A DNA stretch of 64,000 bases from Sarea resinae (GCA_026026165.1 JAPEUD010000021.1:248001-312000), one strand, 5' to 3'. Shown: positions 12,706-26,191, numbered from the stretch's first letter. A program made the numbers and translations. The notes: generated by a model not told the origin, from the letters alone.

Positions 12706-12920
12706 GTAGTGGTCTGCAGAGGAAATGTTCGTATGGTCATAGAGACAGGTAGATCGTGTCAATGGTAGAACTTCCTATGTTGTTGCAAGGTCGCCGGTGA
12801 TGATCTCCAGCTGTAGGTGGGAACGGGCCTACGCCGAGTGGAAGCTTTATCGATAACGTCGCCAAATCCGTCGACGTCAGTGTTACACGCATGCGGACTA
12901 GCTCTGACCATCGCCACGAG

Positions 12921-12956
12921 GCGACTACTGCGACTACTGCGACTAGGGCGACTACC
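12921..12956 (+). repeat. 9-bp tandem repeat (GCGACTACT) x~4
   Basis: gcgactact gcgactact gcgactagg gcgactacc, upstream of the DLH/SnoaL gene. Confidence 0.75.
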
Positions 12957-13099
12957 GCAACTGCTACGCCACAACATCAAGAATAAATGAGACATGACAT
13001 GGCCACTTTCTAATTTCTAAATCTTCGAAAATAAGGAAACAACAACATGATCTAGCCCTCTAAGCTCCTCTTCTCCACCCTCTGTTCCATCCATGGCCC

Positions 13100-13635
13100 T
13101 TAGAACATTACAATAAGCAATGCCTTGATAAATCCATCCGCCTTCGCCGCCTTCCTGGGGAAGATCTTGTCATTCTCCATCGAGTATTCCCTCAACGCGG
13201 TCCTGGACGGGAAGAGTTGCACCGGCGCTCCCGTTCGACGACAGTTGACCAGATCGACCAGATTGACATTGACGCTCTTCAGGACCTATTCGTTCCCTCA
13301 ATCGTATCAGCTTGATGCGTGCATGAATAGAATCACGACACAACAAAGAGCCCATCTCAGCACCAGCACCAACTGACCTTTTTGCACTTTTTGATAGAAG
13401 CCGGAATTTCCTTGATCTGAACTTCTCGGCACAGACCCTGCCAGGTCTCCAACTTGGATGCATCGCTGCCATAATGTGTGGCGAACTCGGCACTGTAGCA
13501 GAGCGCCCTGTTCTTGCGGAAGGCCTTTTTGCCGGGCACCCAGTTCCTCTGGAGGGCGAGACGCTTGAATTCGTCTTCGAGGGAGGCGGTTGGATCGGGC
13601 TCAAATTTGGCAAATGTTTCGAAGAAGCTAGCCAT
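13100..13635 (-). CDS. Small uncharacterised fungal protein (~147 aa, 2 exons)
   Basis: MASFFETFAKFEPDPTASLEDEFKRLA...F..HYG..KLETWQGLCREVQI..IPASIKKCKK | VLKSVNVNLVDLVNCRRTG..VQLFPS...LREYS..KIFP..AAK..G..KALL. Clean GT-AG intron. Resembles a recurrent fungal hypothetical family, from memory only. Confidence 0.8.
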
Positions 13636-14955
13636 GGTAGATGTCTGGCTTGCTGGAAGTATGCTGTCGCTGACAGCGAAGGGAGGACGGCTTATCAGGT
13701 GTTGATGTGTGTACAGGAGGTAAAGCTTTTGTTCCTGTCGGGATGGGATGAATCTGGTGGATCTTGTTCTCTCTCACACTCCTTTCCATTCCATTCCGTT
13801 CTTCTTCGAAGCTTCAACGTATTCTTAAACCCTCTCCCTTCCACGGATACCACGTCTCGACGGGTCTGCTCCCGGCTGTGTCGACCGCAGAAATAGGCGA
13901 TAGGCAGCAGACCGGGCTCTCGCCGCCGCCGTATGCGTAATCGTTGAAGCCCCAGCGGCACCCCAGAGCACAGCAGCCGTCCAGAGACAATGCATCCAAA
14001 GAGTTCGAGTTGGTCGATCCAGCGTGATCAGATGACTATGCCGAATGGAGCAATCTGGTTCACTGAGAAATGAGCTCACCGTAGCCTATGTTGTGATCGT
14101 CTTTGTCCCTTGTCCGCTGCCATTACGGAGTACGCGTTCAACCGCCTCATCTCTAGTCATATAAAGGCGTGGCACTGCACCTCAGCCGTCTAGGACGGCA
14201 GATGAATCGATAGCCATACAGCAATCATCGCCGCGAAAGATCTCCTGCTCCCATCGACACCGCGGATACCTGCATCAGCCACCTTCGCCTCATTGATCCA
14301 GAAAGCCAATCCGTCCAAACATGGCCACAGTCAGCCGCGGCCAAACGATGCCATCCTCTAAATCCAGTCACTAGAATCCTACCGGGCTCCATCTATCCAT
14401 ACCGTAATCCTATCCCCTACCCTGTTCTTGTCTGCGGGAACAAAGAAGTCAAGTGGCACACGGTGCACCGTTCGTGCACGGCACGCCTCACGCGTACCTG
14501 CAGCTTTGCACGGCCACAACAGCAATACTGTACATAGAACGGAAGCGTGACAGCGAACCAAACCAGACCAGACCAAACCGAACTACCTCTTTACCTTACC
14601 TTACTAAACTGGTCGCTTATCGATAAGCCCAGGCACCAGCGAGCGTGCAACGCCGACTTACCCAGCAGCGCCTCTGTCTCTGCTAGCGGCATACCTGTAA
14701 TACCTAAAGGAGTAACACTGGACCCCACCAAAACACGCACCGTCCGAACCTTGAGTCCACGACATCAATAACACAACAGGGCGTAGCAGCCAGCGAAAAG
14801 CATTTGCGATCCCACTCCCAAGAACCCCGCCACCACCTCACATCACACCCTCTCTCTCCTCACTCTACCCTCACCCTTCTCGAAAAACTCCCACCCCCAC
14901 CAACCAACCCAACCTCTGCCCCGCCCCAGCCCAGCCCACCAACGGCAGAAGAAAC

Positions 14956-15714
14956 ATGCCCCCACCATCGTCGCTGACCATCGCCACATCCGCGCTGCAG
15001 CGCCTGGTCAAGGAGGAGAAGAGCTACCACAAGGAACTGCAGCAGCAGGAGGAGCGGGTGCGGAAGCTGGAGTCTGAGAAGGCCGACGCGGATGAGGACC
15101 ATGAGTTTAAGCTTAGGCAGGAGGTGAGCGTCGGTTTTCTCTTTTCTTTTTCTTTCCCGTGTGGTGAGGTGTCAAGGGGTGAGGAGACGAGGAGGAGATG
15201 TTGGTGGAAGAGCGGTGGGGGAGGGAAACGTAGGGCATTTGGGAAGAACTGGTGGGACGGTAGAAACGAAATGATGCCCGAGTGAATTTGGAGACGTTCA
15301 GGAGGGAGAGAAAGATAATGTTCTGAAGCCCAGCTCGCAACGCTGGGATACAGGAATTCTTGGGAGCGCGTATCGTGCTGCGACCTTGCCTGTGCACTTG
15401 GCTAACATGTGGCAACAGCGTCGTGCGGTCGAGGAGACAAAGGCCGTATTCCCTTCGCTGAGAGCGAGGATCAAGGAAGCGCTGGAGAAACTGCAGGGAC
15501 AATTGGTACGTCAGCGGTTTTCGTCCCTGGTTACCTGCACTACAATCTCTGGCTTGCACCGAGGAAGCCTTCTTCCATCGATTCCCACCTTTGCTTATGT
15601 TTACATTCATTTTAGGAAGCGGAGAAAGAGGGCGAAGGCGCTTCGGTGGAGGAGATCACGAAGGCAAAGGAGGCGGTTATGGAGGGGACGACTGCACTGA
15701 GGGAGGTTGCTTAA
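14956..15714 (+). CDS. RBL2: Tubulin-binding cofactor A (3 exons)
   Basis: MPPPSSLTIATSALQRLVKEEKSYHKELQQQEERV..FKLRQE | RRAVEETKAVFPSL..I..AL.KL | EAEK...EEITKAKEA is the TBCA signature. Confidence 0.92.
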
Positions 15715-15923
15715 GCGGCGTCTCGTTGGTTGAGCTTGTGAGATAGAAAGGCGATTATCTTTTCTGCACTGCACTGCACTGGAGGCGCATGTGGGAAATG
15801 GATTATTGAAATCATAATGATGATATTGTACATGTGGAACGGAAACGCCAAAGATCCTACCAATCGCAATGCCCAGTACATGAATCCACGAAGGTTAATA
15901 GACCCGACCTCTGAGATGACTAT

Positions 15924-17028
15924 TTACGTTGTATCCATCTGATCGCCTACCTTCTCGTCTCCTGCTTCTCCGCCAGCCACCAGTCCTTCTCTGGGGGCAC
16001 CCCCCATCAGAGCCACATCGCCTTCCTCATCCTCGGCTTCCCCTTCAGAGATCTCTCCCTGCTCTGCCATATCCTGGTCCTTGGCATCTTCATCCTTTGC
16101 TGGCGACGCCGCGTCATGACTTCCGCCCCTTCCAGGTGATCGCCCAGACGGCATGTTCTCCTTTTCCGGTGCTGACAGACCTCCCGGCGTAGACCCATCG
16201 CTGCTAGCATGCAAGGGTGTCGCGCCTCCAGCCTCACCCCTCGGCGTCCCGATCCGACTCGCATCCCCATCCTCACCATCCTCCTTCTCCTCCATACCCT
16301 CTCTCCTCTCAACCTCCTCTTTCTCATCCCGAATCAGGCGCCGCAACTGCATGCCCTCCTCCACGATCCGTCCGAACTGCTCCCGACGCTCCGCCCACGT
16401 GGTGGCATATTCCCTGCTCTCCCTCTCGAGGTCGTGGATCTCAGCCTCGAGCTTCCGGAGATTGGCCTCCTGGTCCTCGCGCGGGCGCAGCAGCCGATTG
16501 GTCGTGATCTTCAGCGCCAGCTCGTCGTACGTCTTGCGCACGGCGAGCGTCGCCTGCGCTTCGTGCAGCTGCTGGTGCAGGTCGGCCGTGTTGGCGCGCA
16601 CGGCCGAGGCCGTCGAGAGGATCTTGGTCTTCTCTGCCGCGTACCGCGCGCGCTCTTGCGCGTTGGACGTCAGTAGGAATTGGATGCGCGCGATGCTGGC
16701 TTCGAAGGCGGCGAAGTCGAGCAGGATGTCGGTGCGGGCTTGTGCGCGTTCCGAGGCCGCTTGCTTTTGGGGGCTGGGGTCGTCCGAGGAGGCATCTGGG
16801 GGTGGGCTGGGCGGGAGGGTAGGGGTGGTCAGGAGAGAGTTCGTGGTCAGGAGGCGTTTCGTTATTCGCTTGAAGGGCTTCTCTTCGACGTTGAGGAGGC
16901 GTGATTTGTGGAGGGCATCTGGACGGGGGTGGGTGTGCACGTTAGATCTGAGGGTGAAAGAGTGGCTTTTGGGGACCAATAGATGGATTACCTTCTTCGG
17001 CCTGATCGAGAAGATCGTACGTCGCCAT
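15924..17028 (-). CDS. THO7: THO complex subunit 7 / Mft1-like (2 exons)
   Basis: MATYDLLDQAEE | DALHKSRLLNVEEKPFKRITKRLL...DILLDFAAFEASIARIQFLLTSNAQERARY...YDELA.KI..NRLLRPR...TWAERREQFGRIVEEGMQLRRLIRDEKEEVERREGM, followed by an acidic tail. Confidence 0.88.
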
Positions 17029-17820
17029 CGTCGCGACAAGTTATCGGGCTTGATGTCTCCGAGAGGGATGCCTGACAGCTGTGACCGATATATTCTGGTG
17101 GCTTTACTGCGTAGATGGTAGGATGATGGTGTTAGATCGAGTAGCCATGCGCGAGTGAAGCTCTTGAAGATAAACGAGCTTAGAATTGTTCGCTTCCTGC
17201 GCTTCGCTTCTAACTTGAACTTGTAGGCTTCAGCCTTCAGTGATTTGCAGGCGGGGGTTCCTGTCAATGGCATTCATGCAAGCCATCTACTAGAGAGGAT
17301 GAGGGCGCTTGTGTCCGAAACAGTCCAATGCTGTTATTACTGTCTGTCACAATACATTGGCATCATCCCGTTGATTGCGGCAACGTGAATCTCGATGCAC
17401 TGGGACCAACTTCAGGTTCAGCCTTGCACATCTATCCCAAACATGGTCAATCTTAGCACCTGCTTTATTTCAGGCCATCACAATTCGCAGTTGGATCGAT
17501 GATGTCGCTGCGAACCCTAGTCCCATAATGGCCGCCTGATATCAAATGCTCTCTTTGATGTGTTGCAAGGCTGAAGACCAACATGCAGGGCACTTCCGCT
17601 AGGACGCCACAGCTGATGCACACCCCTCATACTCATTTCCACCGTCTCTGGCATCAGCTCTGATGCTTCGTGTCCGTCGTATCTATTTAACGGCCATATT
17701 TGCCCACTCTGCGTCATGGCTTTCTCATTTTATCCGCGTTATTCTTTCTGCCACTCTATGGACCCCATCATTTAAACTGTCAACCACTTGAAATAGACAA
17801 AGACTTGAGGCTTAGAAAAC

Positions 17821-18767
17821 ATGGCGCCAAAACCGCCAAAGCTGCCGAAGCTTGCTGCCACTGACTTTCTTGTCGCCTTTGGCCCGAACAACACTTATCT
17901 TGCGCGTGCCCCCGCGGTCAGCCGCTCGAGCCTTGTCTGCTCTCCCACGATGCTAGATATCATCAGTGAGGCCAAAAGCGTGGCCTTTGCTGTTTTTCCG
18001 CCTTTCGAAACAAGTGTGGATGACGAAGGTAATTCTATCGCATCAGCAGAGCATCTGAAACGCTTACATTAGGTGCTGCAGACAACTCCAGCCCAGATCC
18101 ATATCTATCCTACACCAAGAAAGCTTTCATGAGCGATTCCAAGTGCTACTTCCCAGAGGAAGATTACTACCCCGAACTGAAAGAGTGGCTCGGCCATCGA
18201 TGGGGTACTGGCGGCTTACAAGTCATCTCCAATGGTAAAGGTGGATGGTGGGCATTGTCCCACTCGGGGACCACCAAGTGGATGGGCTTGCCAGGAGATG
18301 CACGACAACTGCTAAAGGCCGGGAATCCGCATGGCAAGGTGATTCACATGGCTTTGGGGGTCAAAAACTCATATATTGCGCTATTTGAAGACGGACACGT
18401 TGATTGGGATCTGAAAGGCTCGTATGATCGACTGGACGAGCACCTCGACACTCGATCTCAAGGAGAACTCGTCTATGTCTCCTTGAGCGTCTACAAACCC
18501 GATCAATTTTTCTGCGTATTCAAGGACACGACGGTCATATACGACTTCCCCAAAGGCGCGGAAGATCTGGATGAAGACTTTTTGGATGCCGAGGGACTTC
18601 GGGTAATCGTCAAGAGTGACACTGCCAAGCATACTGGCCTCTATACGGAGGCCAAACCGTCTAGGCCAGGAACATTGCGTAAGATTTCCGAGGACACGGC
18701 GGAGGGCGTGGTTGAGGATGTAGCTGAGAAGACTATTGAGCTGGCTTTGGGCTTAGATAAAGATTAG
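17821..18767 (+). CDS. Uncharacterised protein with ~5 degenerate beta-hairpin repeats (2 exons)
   Basis: Intron 18029-18072 joins ORFs 17821 and 18129 in frame. Repeated motif seen as VAFGPNNTYL, VISNGKGGWWAL, MALGVKNSYIALFEDG and VSLSVYKPDQFFCVFKD. Confidence 0.75.
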
Positions 18768-19320
18768 ACCCTGGTTGGCGAGAGTTCTGGCTGAAGATTG
18801 TACTATTCAAGAGTAAACCGTCAGTCGAGGTAGTATAGGCTCCTTTTGCGTTGCAAGAACGTGGGTATTCCGGGATTGAGGCTGTAGCTTTTTCGAAATT
18901 GAAGTAGTAAATTAAGACCTGCAACCTGGAAGCCTCTTCGTTCCTTTCCAATTGAGCTCATACATCAGGCTGAAGCAATGATTAGAGTCCAGGGTCAAAA
19001 AAGTACGCAGTATGTGGAAGGTGGAGGACCATTGAGAGGCTTAGCTAAGCATGCCGGGTAATTACGTGTGCGTGCCCGTTCAGGACAGCTATGATGGAAC
19101 TGGAGGCATGAAGACGAAGCTGCCCTCGAATAATCAATAGCCAATCCAGCATCACGAAGTCACACTCTTTTCGCAGCTGTTTATTACCTGGCTCAGTGCT
19201 GGAAACAGAAGAAGCTGCCAGCTTTCGGGGCAATTGAGCCACCCCTTCTGTTGGCCACCTCCTAAGCCTGTTTGGTAGCCCAGCAGCGCTGATTACGCAG
19301 CTCCTGTGCAGGCCATCAAG

Positions 19321-21163
19321 ATGCGATCTCTCAACCTCGCCGCCGCGGCCTTGCTGTCCGTAGTTTCACTCAGCCAATGCGCCTCCGATGCAAATATTAC
19401 GAAGCCATTGTCGTCGCGGCAGATCCTACCTAGCAACTTCAAGCCTCCACAGGTCTTCGAAAACGTCAATCTACTGCGCAACATCAATTTGGAGAAGTCG
19501 TATCCGCGCGAGACGATTAATGTGGTCATCGAGAATAAAGACGCAGAGCCGCAGGATGAATACTATCTGCCGTTTGAGGCTGGCACGATCGACAGCGTTG
19601 GAGGACTTGAAGTCCGGGATAAGAAAGATGCTGGAAAGGGTCTTTTTAAGGTCGAGGTTGTCGAGTATGACCCTTCAAGGTAGGAATCGTTTGTTGTAAA
19701 GCCTGAGAGGCATGAGCTGATTTGGCTCGAAAGCTCGACGCAGTTCTACCTTATCCGCCTCCCAGAACCCCTCGCACCATCGGCCCAGCAAACCCTGAGC
19801 ATCACCTACTCTCTCCTCTCTTCCCTTTCCCCCATTCCCGCCAAGATCTCCCAAATGGACAAACAATTTCTCCGCTACACCTTCAGCGCCTACGCACCCT
19901 CTGCCTATTCGACCAAAAAACAAAAGACAAAGGTCAAGTTTCCCACCACCGACATCCCCGACTACACGGTTCTGCCATCCACCTCCTCGGGCGAAGACCC
20001 CCAACGGCAAGGCTCAACCTTCACTTACGGGCCCTATGATTCTCTTCCAGCAGGGGCCTCCGAGCTCGTGACCGTCCGCTATGAATTCACAAAGCCTGTC
20101 CTATATGTTTCCTTGCTAGAGCGCGACCTTGAAATCAGCCACTGGGGCGGCAATCTCGCAACAGAAGAACGCTATTGGCTCGTTAACCACGCGGCAGAGC
20201 TCTCCAGTCAGTTCAACCGTGTCGCCTGGCAGTCCACACAATATTACAACCCGCCCACCGCGGCCTTGCGCGAGCTGAACTTTCCCTTGCGCCCAGGCGC
20301 CCAAGACCCCTATTTCACTGATGATATCGGCAATGTCTCTACAAGCCGATGGCGCAGCAACTCACGGGAGGCCAAGCTAGAGCTTAAGCCCCGGTATCCT
20401 GTGTTTGGCGGATGGAAGTATAGTTTCCGCGTTGGCTGGAATGCGGAGCTGAGTCGATACCTTCGGCGCTTGAGTAATGGAGAGAGCTACGTGCTTAAAG
20501 TTCCCGTTCTGGAGGGGCCGAAACAAGCAGAGGGGATCGAATATGAGAAGGCTGTTATCAGGGTTATCTTGCCTGAGGGCGCTACGTATGTCATGTCCTT
20601 CCGATATCCAAGTACAGAACTTTGTGGTCTCCAAGCCAGATATGAAGGATACATACTAAATAAGCCTTGTTTGCCACAGCAACATCAACTACGAAACCTC
20701 CCTTCCCATCACCTCCGCAGAGAAAACGCTTCACAAGACATTCATGGACACCCTAGGCCGCAGCACTCTCACCCTGACCGCTGCTAATATTGTTGACGAG
20801 TTTAGAGATAGAGACCTGATCGTGAGTCCTCCTTCTCCTGGTTTCTATTTTCCCCTCTGTCTTGCCGACCATTCCCACTCATCGCTCTCCTTTCGATTTC
20901 GCATTCCATACTCCAGCATTGAATTTTGCCCACACTGCTTCATCTCTCGACTTCCCCCAAAGCATCCTTGAGCCTTCGTATGGGAGGCATCCCAGCTAAT
21001 ACGGAAACCAACTGTACAGGTCACGTACGATTACCCCTTCCTCGCCGCCTTCCGCAAGCCTCTCACCATCACTGTGGGGCTTTTCAGTGTGTTCGTCACC
21101 GTCTGGGCGCTTGGAAAGCTGGACGTTAGCATCGGGCGAAAGAGGAAAGCGGTTGTGTCGTGA
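19321..21163 (+). CDS. OST1: Oligosaccharyltransferase subunit ribophorin I (4 exons)
   Basis: Signal peptide MRSLNLAAAALLSVVSLSQCAS. Motifs ERDLEISHWGGNLATEERY, YFTDDIGNVSTS, LELKPRYPVFGGWKYSF.VGW and KTFMDTLGR. C-terminal TM after RKPL. Confidence 0.95.
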
Positions 21164-21440
21164 TGTTTGCTCCTTCAAGTGCATTTGTTTTATCGTAATT
21201 GCATGTTCTTTTGTAGGCATTCGACGATGCTACCTTTAGCTAGCGGTCTAGCTCCTGTAAGAGACTTGCAGACGGATTGGTTGGGAATAGTTGATTTGAA
21301 GATGGAGACCAGGAACTTTGGTCTCAATGTGCTCAATCTATGCGGCGTGAATAGAGAATGTCATGCACGTCAATGGGGAGGGCGTAGTATTTTGTCGATG
21401 CCGGATTGTTGATGCAATTTGGCAGAAACGATGAGCAAAG

Positions 21441-21446
21441 CACGTT
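21441..21446 (+). promoter_or_regulatory. CACGTT E-box (possible Pho4/NUC-1/PalcA site) upstream of VTC4
   Basis: GCACGTTGG lies ~270 bp before the VTC4 ATG. VTC genes are PHO-regulon members in yeast, but a single hexamer is weak evidence. Confidence 0.3.
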
Positions 21447-21709
21447 GGAGAGGGGCGAAGATTGATTGGTCAATTGCACTCACCGCCCGGAGATGTCGAC
21501 GACTACTACGGTTGCGAGACTCCCATGTGCCTCTCCCCATACGTACTGAGCCCCCACGACCACGAGGTCGAATGAGATGCCTTTCGTTCGCCTTCGATAC
21601 CTTTGACGTCGCCGATCATATGTTGTGAATCTCCATTCCATTCCATTCCATTCCTCAGTATAGAGGCCATAGAAGCCACCACCACGGTCGGTGGTCTGAA
21701 CGGCACGAC

Positions 21710-24603
21710 ATGAAGTAGGTGATTCCCAATTGGCCTCCCAGCAGCTTGCATAGCTAATGCCCTTCGAGATTCGGCCAGCAACTTCGCACCTCGCTCATCA
21801 GAGACTACTATTATTACTACATTGCCTATGATGATCTCAAGGAGAGCCTGAAAACCCCATTCGAGACGGAGCCGACGCCTTCGCATCCCAAGCCCAAGCG
21901 CAAGCCATGGACCGAGGACGACGAGAAGCGATTTGTCGCTGAATTGGAGGGCGAGCTCGATAAAGTCTTCACCTTTCAGAAAGTCAAGAGTGGAGAAATC
22001 GTTCGGAGGATCAAGGCTAGCGAGAAGGAGGTCAGCGAAGTCATCCAAAGAGCGGATCGCCATGGACAAGCCGAGGATGCGCCAACGGAAGACGACTTCA
22101 TGCTCCTGGAGGAGGATCTGAGCGACATCATTGCCGACGTCCATGATCTGGCCAAATTCACCCAGTTGAATTATACCGGCTTTCAGAAGATCATCAAGAA
22201 ACACGACGTAGGTCATCTCTTGGTTCGACGTGGGCTACCTAAGTGGATCGATTTAACACTAGACATTCTAGAAACAAACATCTTGGCATCTAAGGCCCGT
22301 ATTCGCTGCCCGGTTGAAGGCCAAACCTTTTTTCAAGGACAATTATGATGAGTTCGTGGTCAAGCTTTCCAAGCTTTACGATCTCGTGCGAACGAGAGGA
22401 AGTCCGGCAAGGGGAGACAGTGCTGCTGGAGGTGGTCAACAGAACTTCGTCAGACAGACTACGAAATACTGGGTTCACCCCGACAACATCACTGAGCTCA
22501 AGCTCATCATTTTAAAGGTAGATAGCAGAAGCTCTAGATGAAAACTGATACTGACCCTGGTAGCATCTCCCGGTCCTCGTCTTCAACGCCAGCAAAGAAT
22601 TTGAAGCCAAGGACTCCGCCATCTCATCCATCTATTACGATAATCCAGAAACATGGGAACTCTACACTGGCCGACTCAAGAAGACAGAAGGCGCAGAGGC
22701 CATTCGTCTGCGGTGGTATGGTGGCATGGAAACCGAGACAATATTCGTAGAACGCAAGACCCATCGAGAGGATTGGACCGGGGAGAAATCAGTCAAGGCT
22801 CGTTTTTCTCTGAAGGAGAAGAACGTGAATGCATTTCTGTCGGGCAGGATGACAGTTGACAGCGTGTTCGAGAAGATGCGAAGAGAAGGGAAGAAGAGCG
22901 AGCAAGAGATTTCAGAATTGGAGCGGCTGGCGCGAGAAGTTCAGTACACAACAATCACCAAGAACTTGCAGCCCGTTGTCCGATCATTCTACAACAGAAC
23001 CGCCTTTCAACTACCTGGAGATGCTCGAGTGCGGATCTCGCTCGACACGGAACTCACGATGATTCGTGAGGACAACCTAGACGGCAGACAGCGTGCTGGC
23101 AAGAACTGGCGGAGGATGGACATTGGTATTGACTACCCGTTCTCGCAGCTTCCTCCAGAGGACGTAGAGAGGTTTCCGTATGCTGTGCTTGAAGTCAAAT
23201 TGCAAACTCAAGCCGGACAGGAGCCTCCAGAATGGGTCCGTGATCTCATAAGCTCTCATCTTGTCGAAGCTGTACCGAAATTCAGCAAGTTTATTCACGG
23301 TACCGCAACGCTGTTCCCAGACCGGATCAATCTTCTACCCTTCTGGTGGCCTCAAATGGAGACGGATATCCGCAAGCCTGTCACTCATCGTTTCGGTATC
23401 GAAAGGCCTGGCCAATCGGCAAGTATCACTACCAGCGATGACCCATACGACGATGACGACTCCGACGCCGGCGAGGACGAGGACGACGAGGAGATAGCTA
23501 CCAATAGCAGCCGCACGATGCATGGAGACGAAGTCAACGATGAAGGTCTGCGACGTCTGCGCGATGCCCACGACGCCATGGAACAGAACAGCCGAGACCG
23601 CGTCAGCGACTACCTCGACGCCCCCGGTAATACGCTCGACATCGAAGAACGCATCTCAGCGCAGCCGCTGTCGAACATCGATGACTACCCCATCTACGAT
23701 TCGGAAGAAGAGGACCAAGCCGCCGAACTAGAAGATGCTAGAAGAACGGGCGGTTGGCGTTACAGAGCACTGCTGTGCAAGCGGTTCCTGCAGTCAGCCG
23801 GCTGGCGCGTTTTGAGTATCTTGGAGGCCGCAAGCCCGAAAGCGAAGCCGACGCCTATTCCTGATACGAGTAATGGCATGAGTGCGCTGCGGGGACCACT
23901 TGCTACGAGGAGGTTCAAGGCGCCCAAGGGGAAGCGTAAGTTTATCCGTGCTACATCCAATCTGTCGATATTCCCCGAAAAAGGCAGCATGGAACAAAGG
24001 ATGAACGGACAGGAGAGCTAATCATCGGGCCCAGGCATTCACGTCCCCGTCCGCGTCGAACCCAAAGTCTACTTCGCAACCGAACGCACCTTTCTCGCAT
24101 GGGTAAGTCGCACATCCCATCTCATCCCCTCCCATCTCATCCCCTCCCATGCCATCACTCTTTTCCTCTCCTTCCCTCCTTTGCAACCTCACCTCGTCTC
24201 TCCCCAGATCCAATACTAACACACTCCGCTTGCTCGACCCGTCCAGCTCGAATTCTCGATCCTGCTCGGCTCGATCGCGGCGACGCTCTTGAACTTTGGA
24301 TCCTCGGTCTCGCTGGCGTCGGCCGAGGCCTTCACCGTGCTGGCCTGCGTCGCGCTCTTCTACAGCATGGCGCTGTACCTGTGGCGCGTGGACAAGATCC
24401 GGCACCGCAAGGCTGTGCGCTATCATGACGCCCTCGGCCCGACCGTGCTCTGTGTCGGCCTCTTTGTCGCGGTGGTCTTGACTTTTGTGTTTAGGGTCAG
24501 GGAGGTCGGGTGGTGGGTTGGCGATAGGGGGGGTAGTGTCGGTGGTGGGGTGAATGCGAGTGGGGTTGTGGGTGCGGGCGCGGTGGGCGAGTTAGCGAGG
24601 TAA
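21710..24603 (+). CDS. VTC4: Vacuolar transporter chaperone 4 (polyphosphate polymerase; SPX-VTC-DUF202, 6 exons)
   Basis: [15 protein letters not shown] and [14 protein letters not shown] (SPX). [49 protein letters not shown] and PKFSKFIHG (VTC). [17 protein letters not shown] followed by TM segments. Confidence 0.96.
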
Positions 24604-24991
24604 GTTCAGGTGCGTGGCATTGGGCGTATAGATAGTGCAAAGCAAAGGAAATAGAAATACAAAGGAAACCAACCCAGAGAAAACAAGGAAAAGAAAAAAG
24701 AAGGGGGCAAGACGGGGAAAAGGGGAAAATACCAGCTCTTCTCCCTTGACGTCTGCTTCTTCTCATCTCTTCTCGTCTAGTCTCATCTCGTCTCTTCCCA
24801 TCTCATCTCATCTCCTTCCGTACCTGCTCCCTCCGTCCCTATCCCCAGAATCACAAATTCCACGAAAAAGCCTCGTCCCTAATCCAACACCAACGCTAAT
24901 ACCAATACCAGCATCGGCCATCACACAGCAAACACCCACCCCTAGCCAAGTCGCCGTATACGACGTAAATAACACCACACATCTAGGGCCC

Positions 24992-25091
24992 TCGTTCGTT
25001 CGTTCGTTCGTTCGTTTGTTTGTTTGTTTGTCCTGCTGCTTGACTGTCTATCTACCTATCTACCTATCTACCTACCTGCCTATCTACCTAT
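24992..25091 (+). repeat. Compound tetranucleotide microsatellite (TCGT)n(TTGT)n...(CTAT/CTAC)n
   Basis: Read directly downstream of VTC4. Confidence 0.85.
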
Positions 25092-25439
25092 CTGCTGCTG
25101 CAGGGTGCGTACCTTGCGCAAGTAGGCTCTCGTATCCAAGCAAAAAAAATGAATCAACATTGGGCTAGGTTCGTGTGTAACGTATGTATTGTATGTACGT
25201 AAGGACTGAATGGGGAAACTGCGCAGAAAATCTATATACCTGTCTGGTCTAGTGGATTGGATATTGGATTGAATAGGATATCAGATTGAGTATCTATCAT
25301 ATTGGGTATCATATCTTGCTTGCTTGCTTCCTTGCTATCTTCTATCCACTAGTTCGAATCTAACATTTTGAGGAGAAATGATCGAGGTGCGAGTCATGCA
25401 ATGGAATTCCATGTAATGCAATACCAATACGATGTGGAT

Positions 25440-26191
25440 CTGTGTCTGTGTGGCTTTGGCATAAGCTCCAGACCGATTTTTCATTCGGGTGTGAGCTGCT
25501 AGAGACTATGGCAAGTCGGCTGACGCCTTTTACAGGTAAAGTATTACGAATAAGCTTTTCGATGACTCGGACCAGCCCCCTGTTGCTAATGAGCATAGGT
25601 ATTACGAGTCTAGCAGAAAGGGGATTGTGCGTCACGATGCCAACAGGCTTCAGCTGATCCATGACCACTTCAAGATCTCTCTGAGAGTGATGTCTTGCTG
25701 GGGACGAAGTTCGAGAATCCCCCCTTTTCCGCCCGTTTGCTGGACTAGAGTCACCGGTATCGATGAGGTCGGTCCTTGCCGTGTCTGGGGAGACTTCTGC
25801 GCTCTCGCTGAAGACGGACTGTGCGCTTCTGAGCCCAAGGGCGGACATCTTCCGGACAGTTTCTGGCGTTGGACCGGGTTTCTTTGATGAGTTCAGCGAG
25901 TATTGGAAAGAGTAATTTGGCAAGCCTCATTGGCCTCCCAGTCCTTGGATGTGGTGACTCATTCTCGTCCATATGGCTGCCATGCTGGATTTATCTTATG
26001 TCAAGAACACGGTGCCGACATATATAACGGGCTGGAAATTCGAGGCGACCAATGGCGGCCCGGGGGTCTGCGTGCCATTCATCAAGGACCTCAGGAAGAC
26101 CACAAGGGTTTCAATGCAGGGAAGACTCTCCCCGAGCTGGAAAATGATCAAAGACCCAAAAACCGCTCTCGCTGTGACCGGTATTCCTTGA
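25440..26191 (+). pseudogene. Probable degenerate ORF of unknown family
   Basis: One + frame reads ...GFFDEFSEYWKE*FGKPHWPPSPWMW*LILVHMAAMLDLSYVKNTVPTYITGWKF... with stops at 25913 and 25955. An intron-like segment GTAAAG...GCTAAT...ATAG lies at ~25536-25598. Family not recognised. Confidence 0.3.

Noticed and set aside
15924..17273. 449-aa ORF with a long N-extension, and the antisense 322-aa ORF 16153-17121
   Set aside because: The extension reads through an in-frame intron and upstream DNA of THO7. The antisense ORF is a codon-bias shadow.
25245..25364. TGGTCTAGTGG (A-box-like) and GTTCGAATC (B-box-like) with a 9-bp inverted repeat CTAGTGGAT/ATCCACTAG; possible tRNA, SINE or MITE
   Set aside because: The T-stem pairs only 3 of 5, no acceptor or anticodon stem can be built, and the interior is microsatellite-like. 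tRNAscan-SE and genome BLASTn would settle it.
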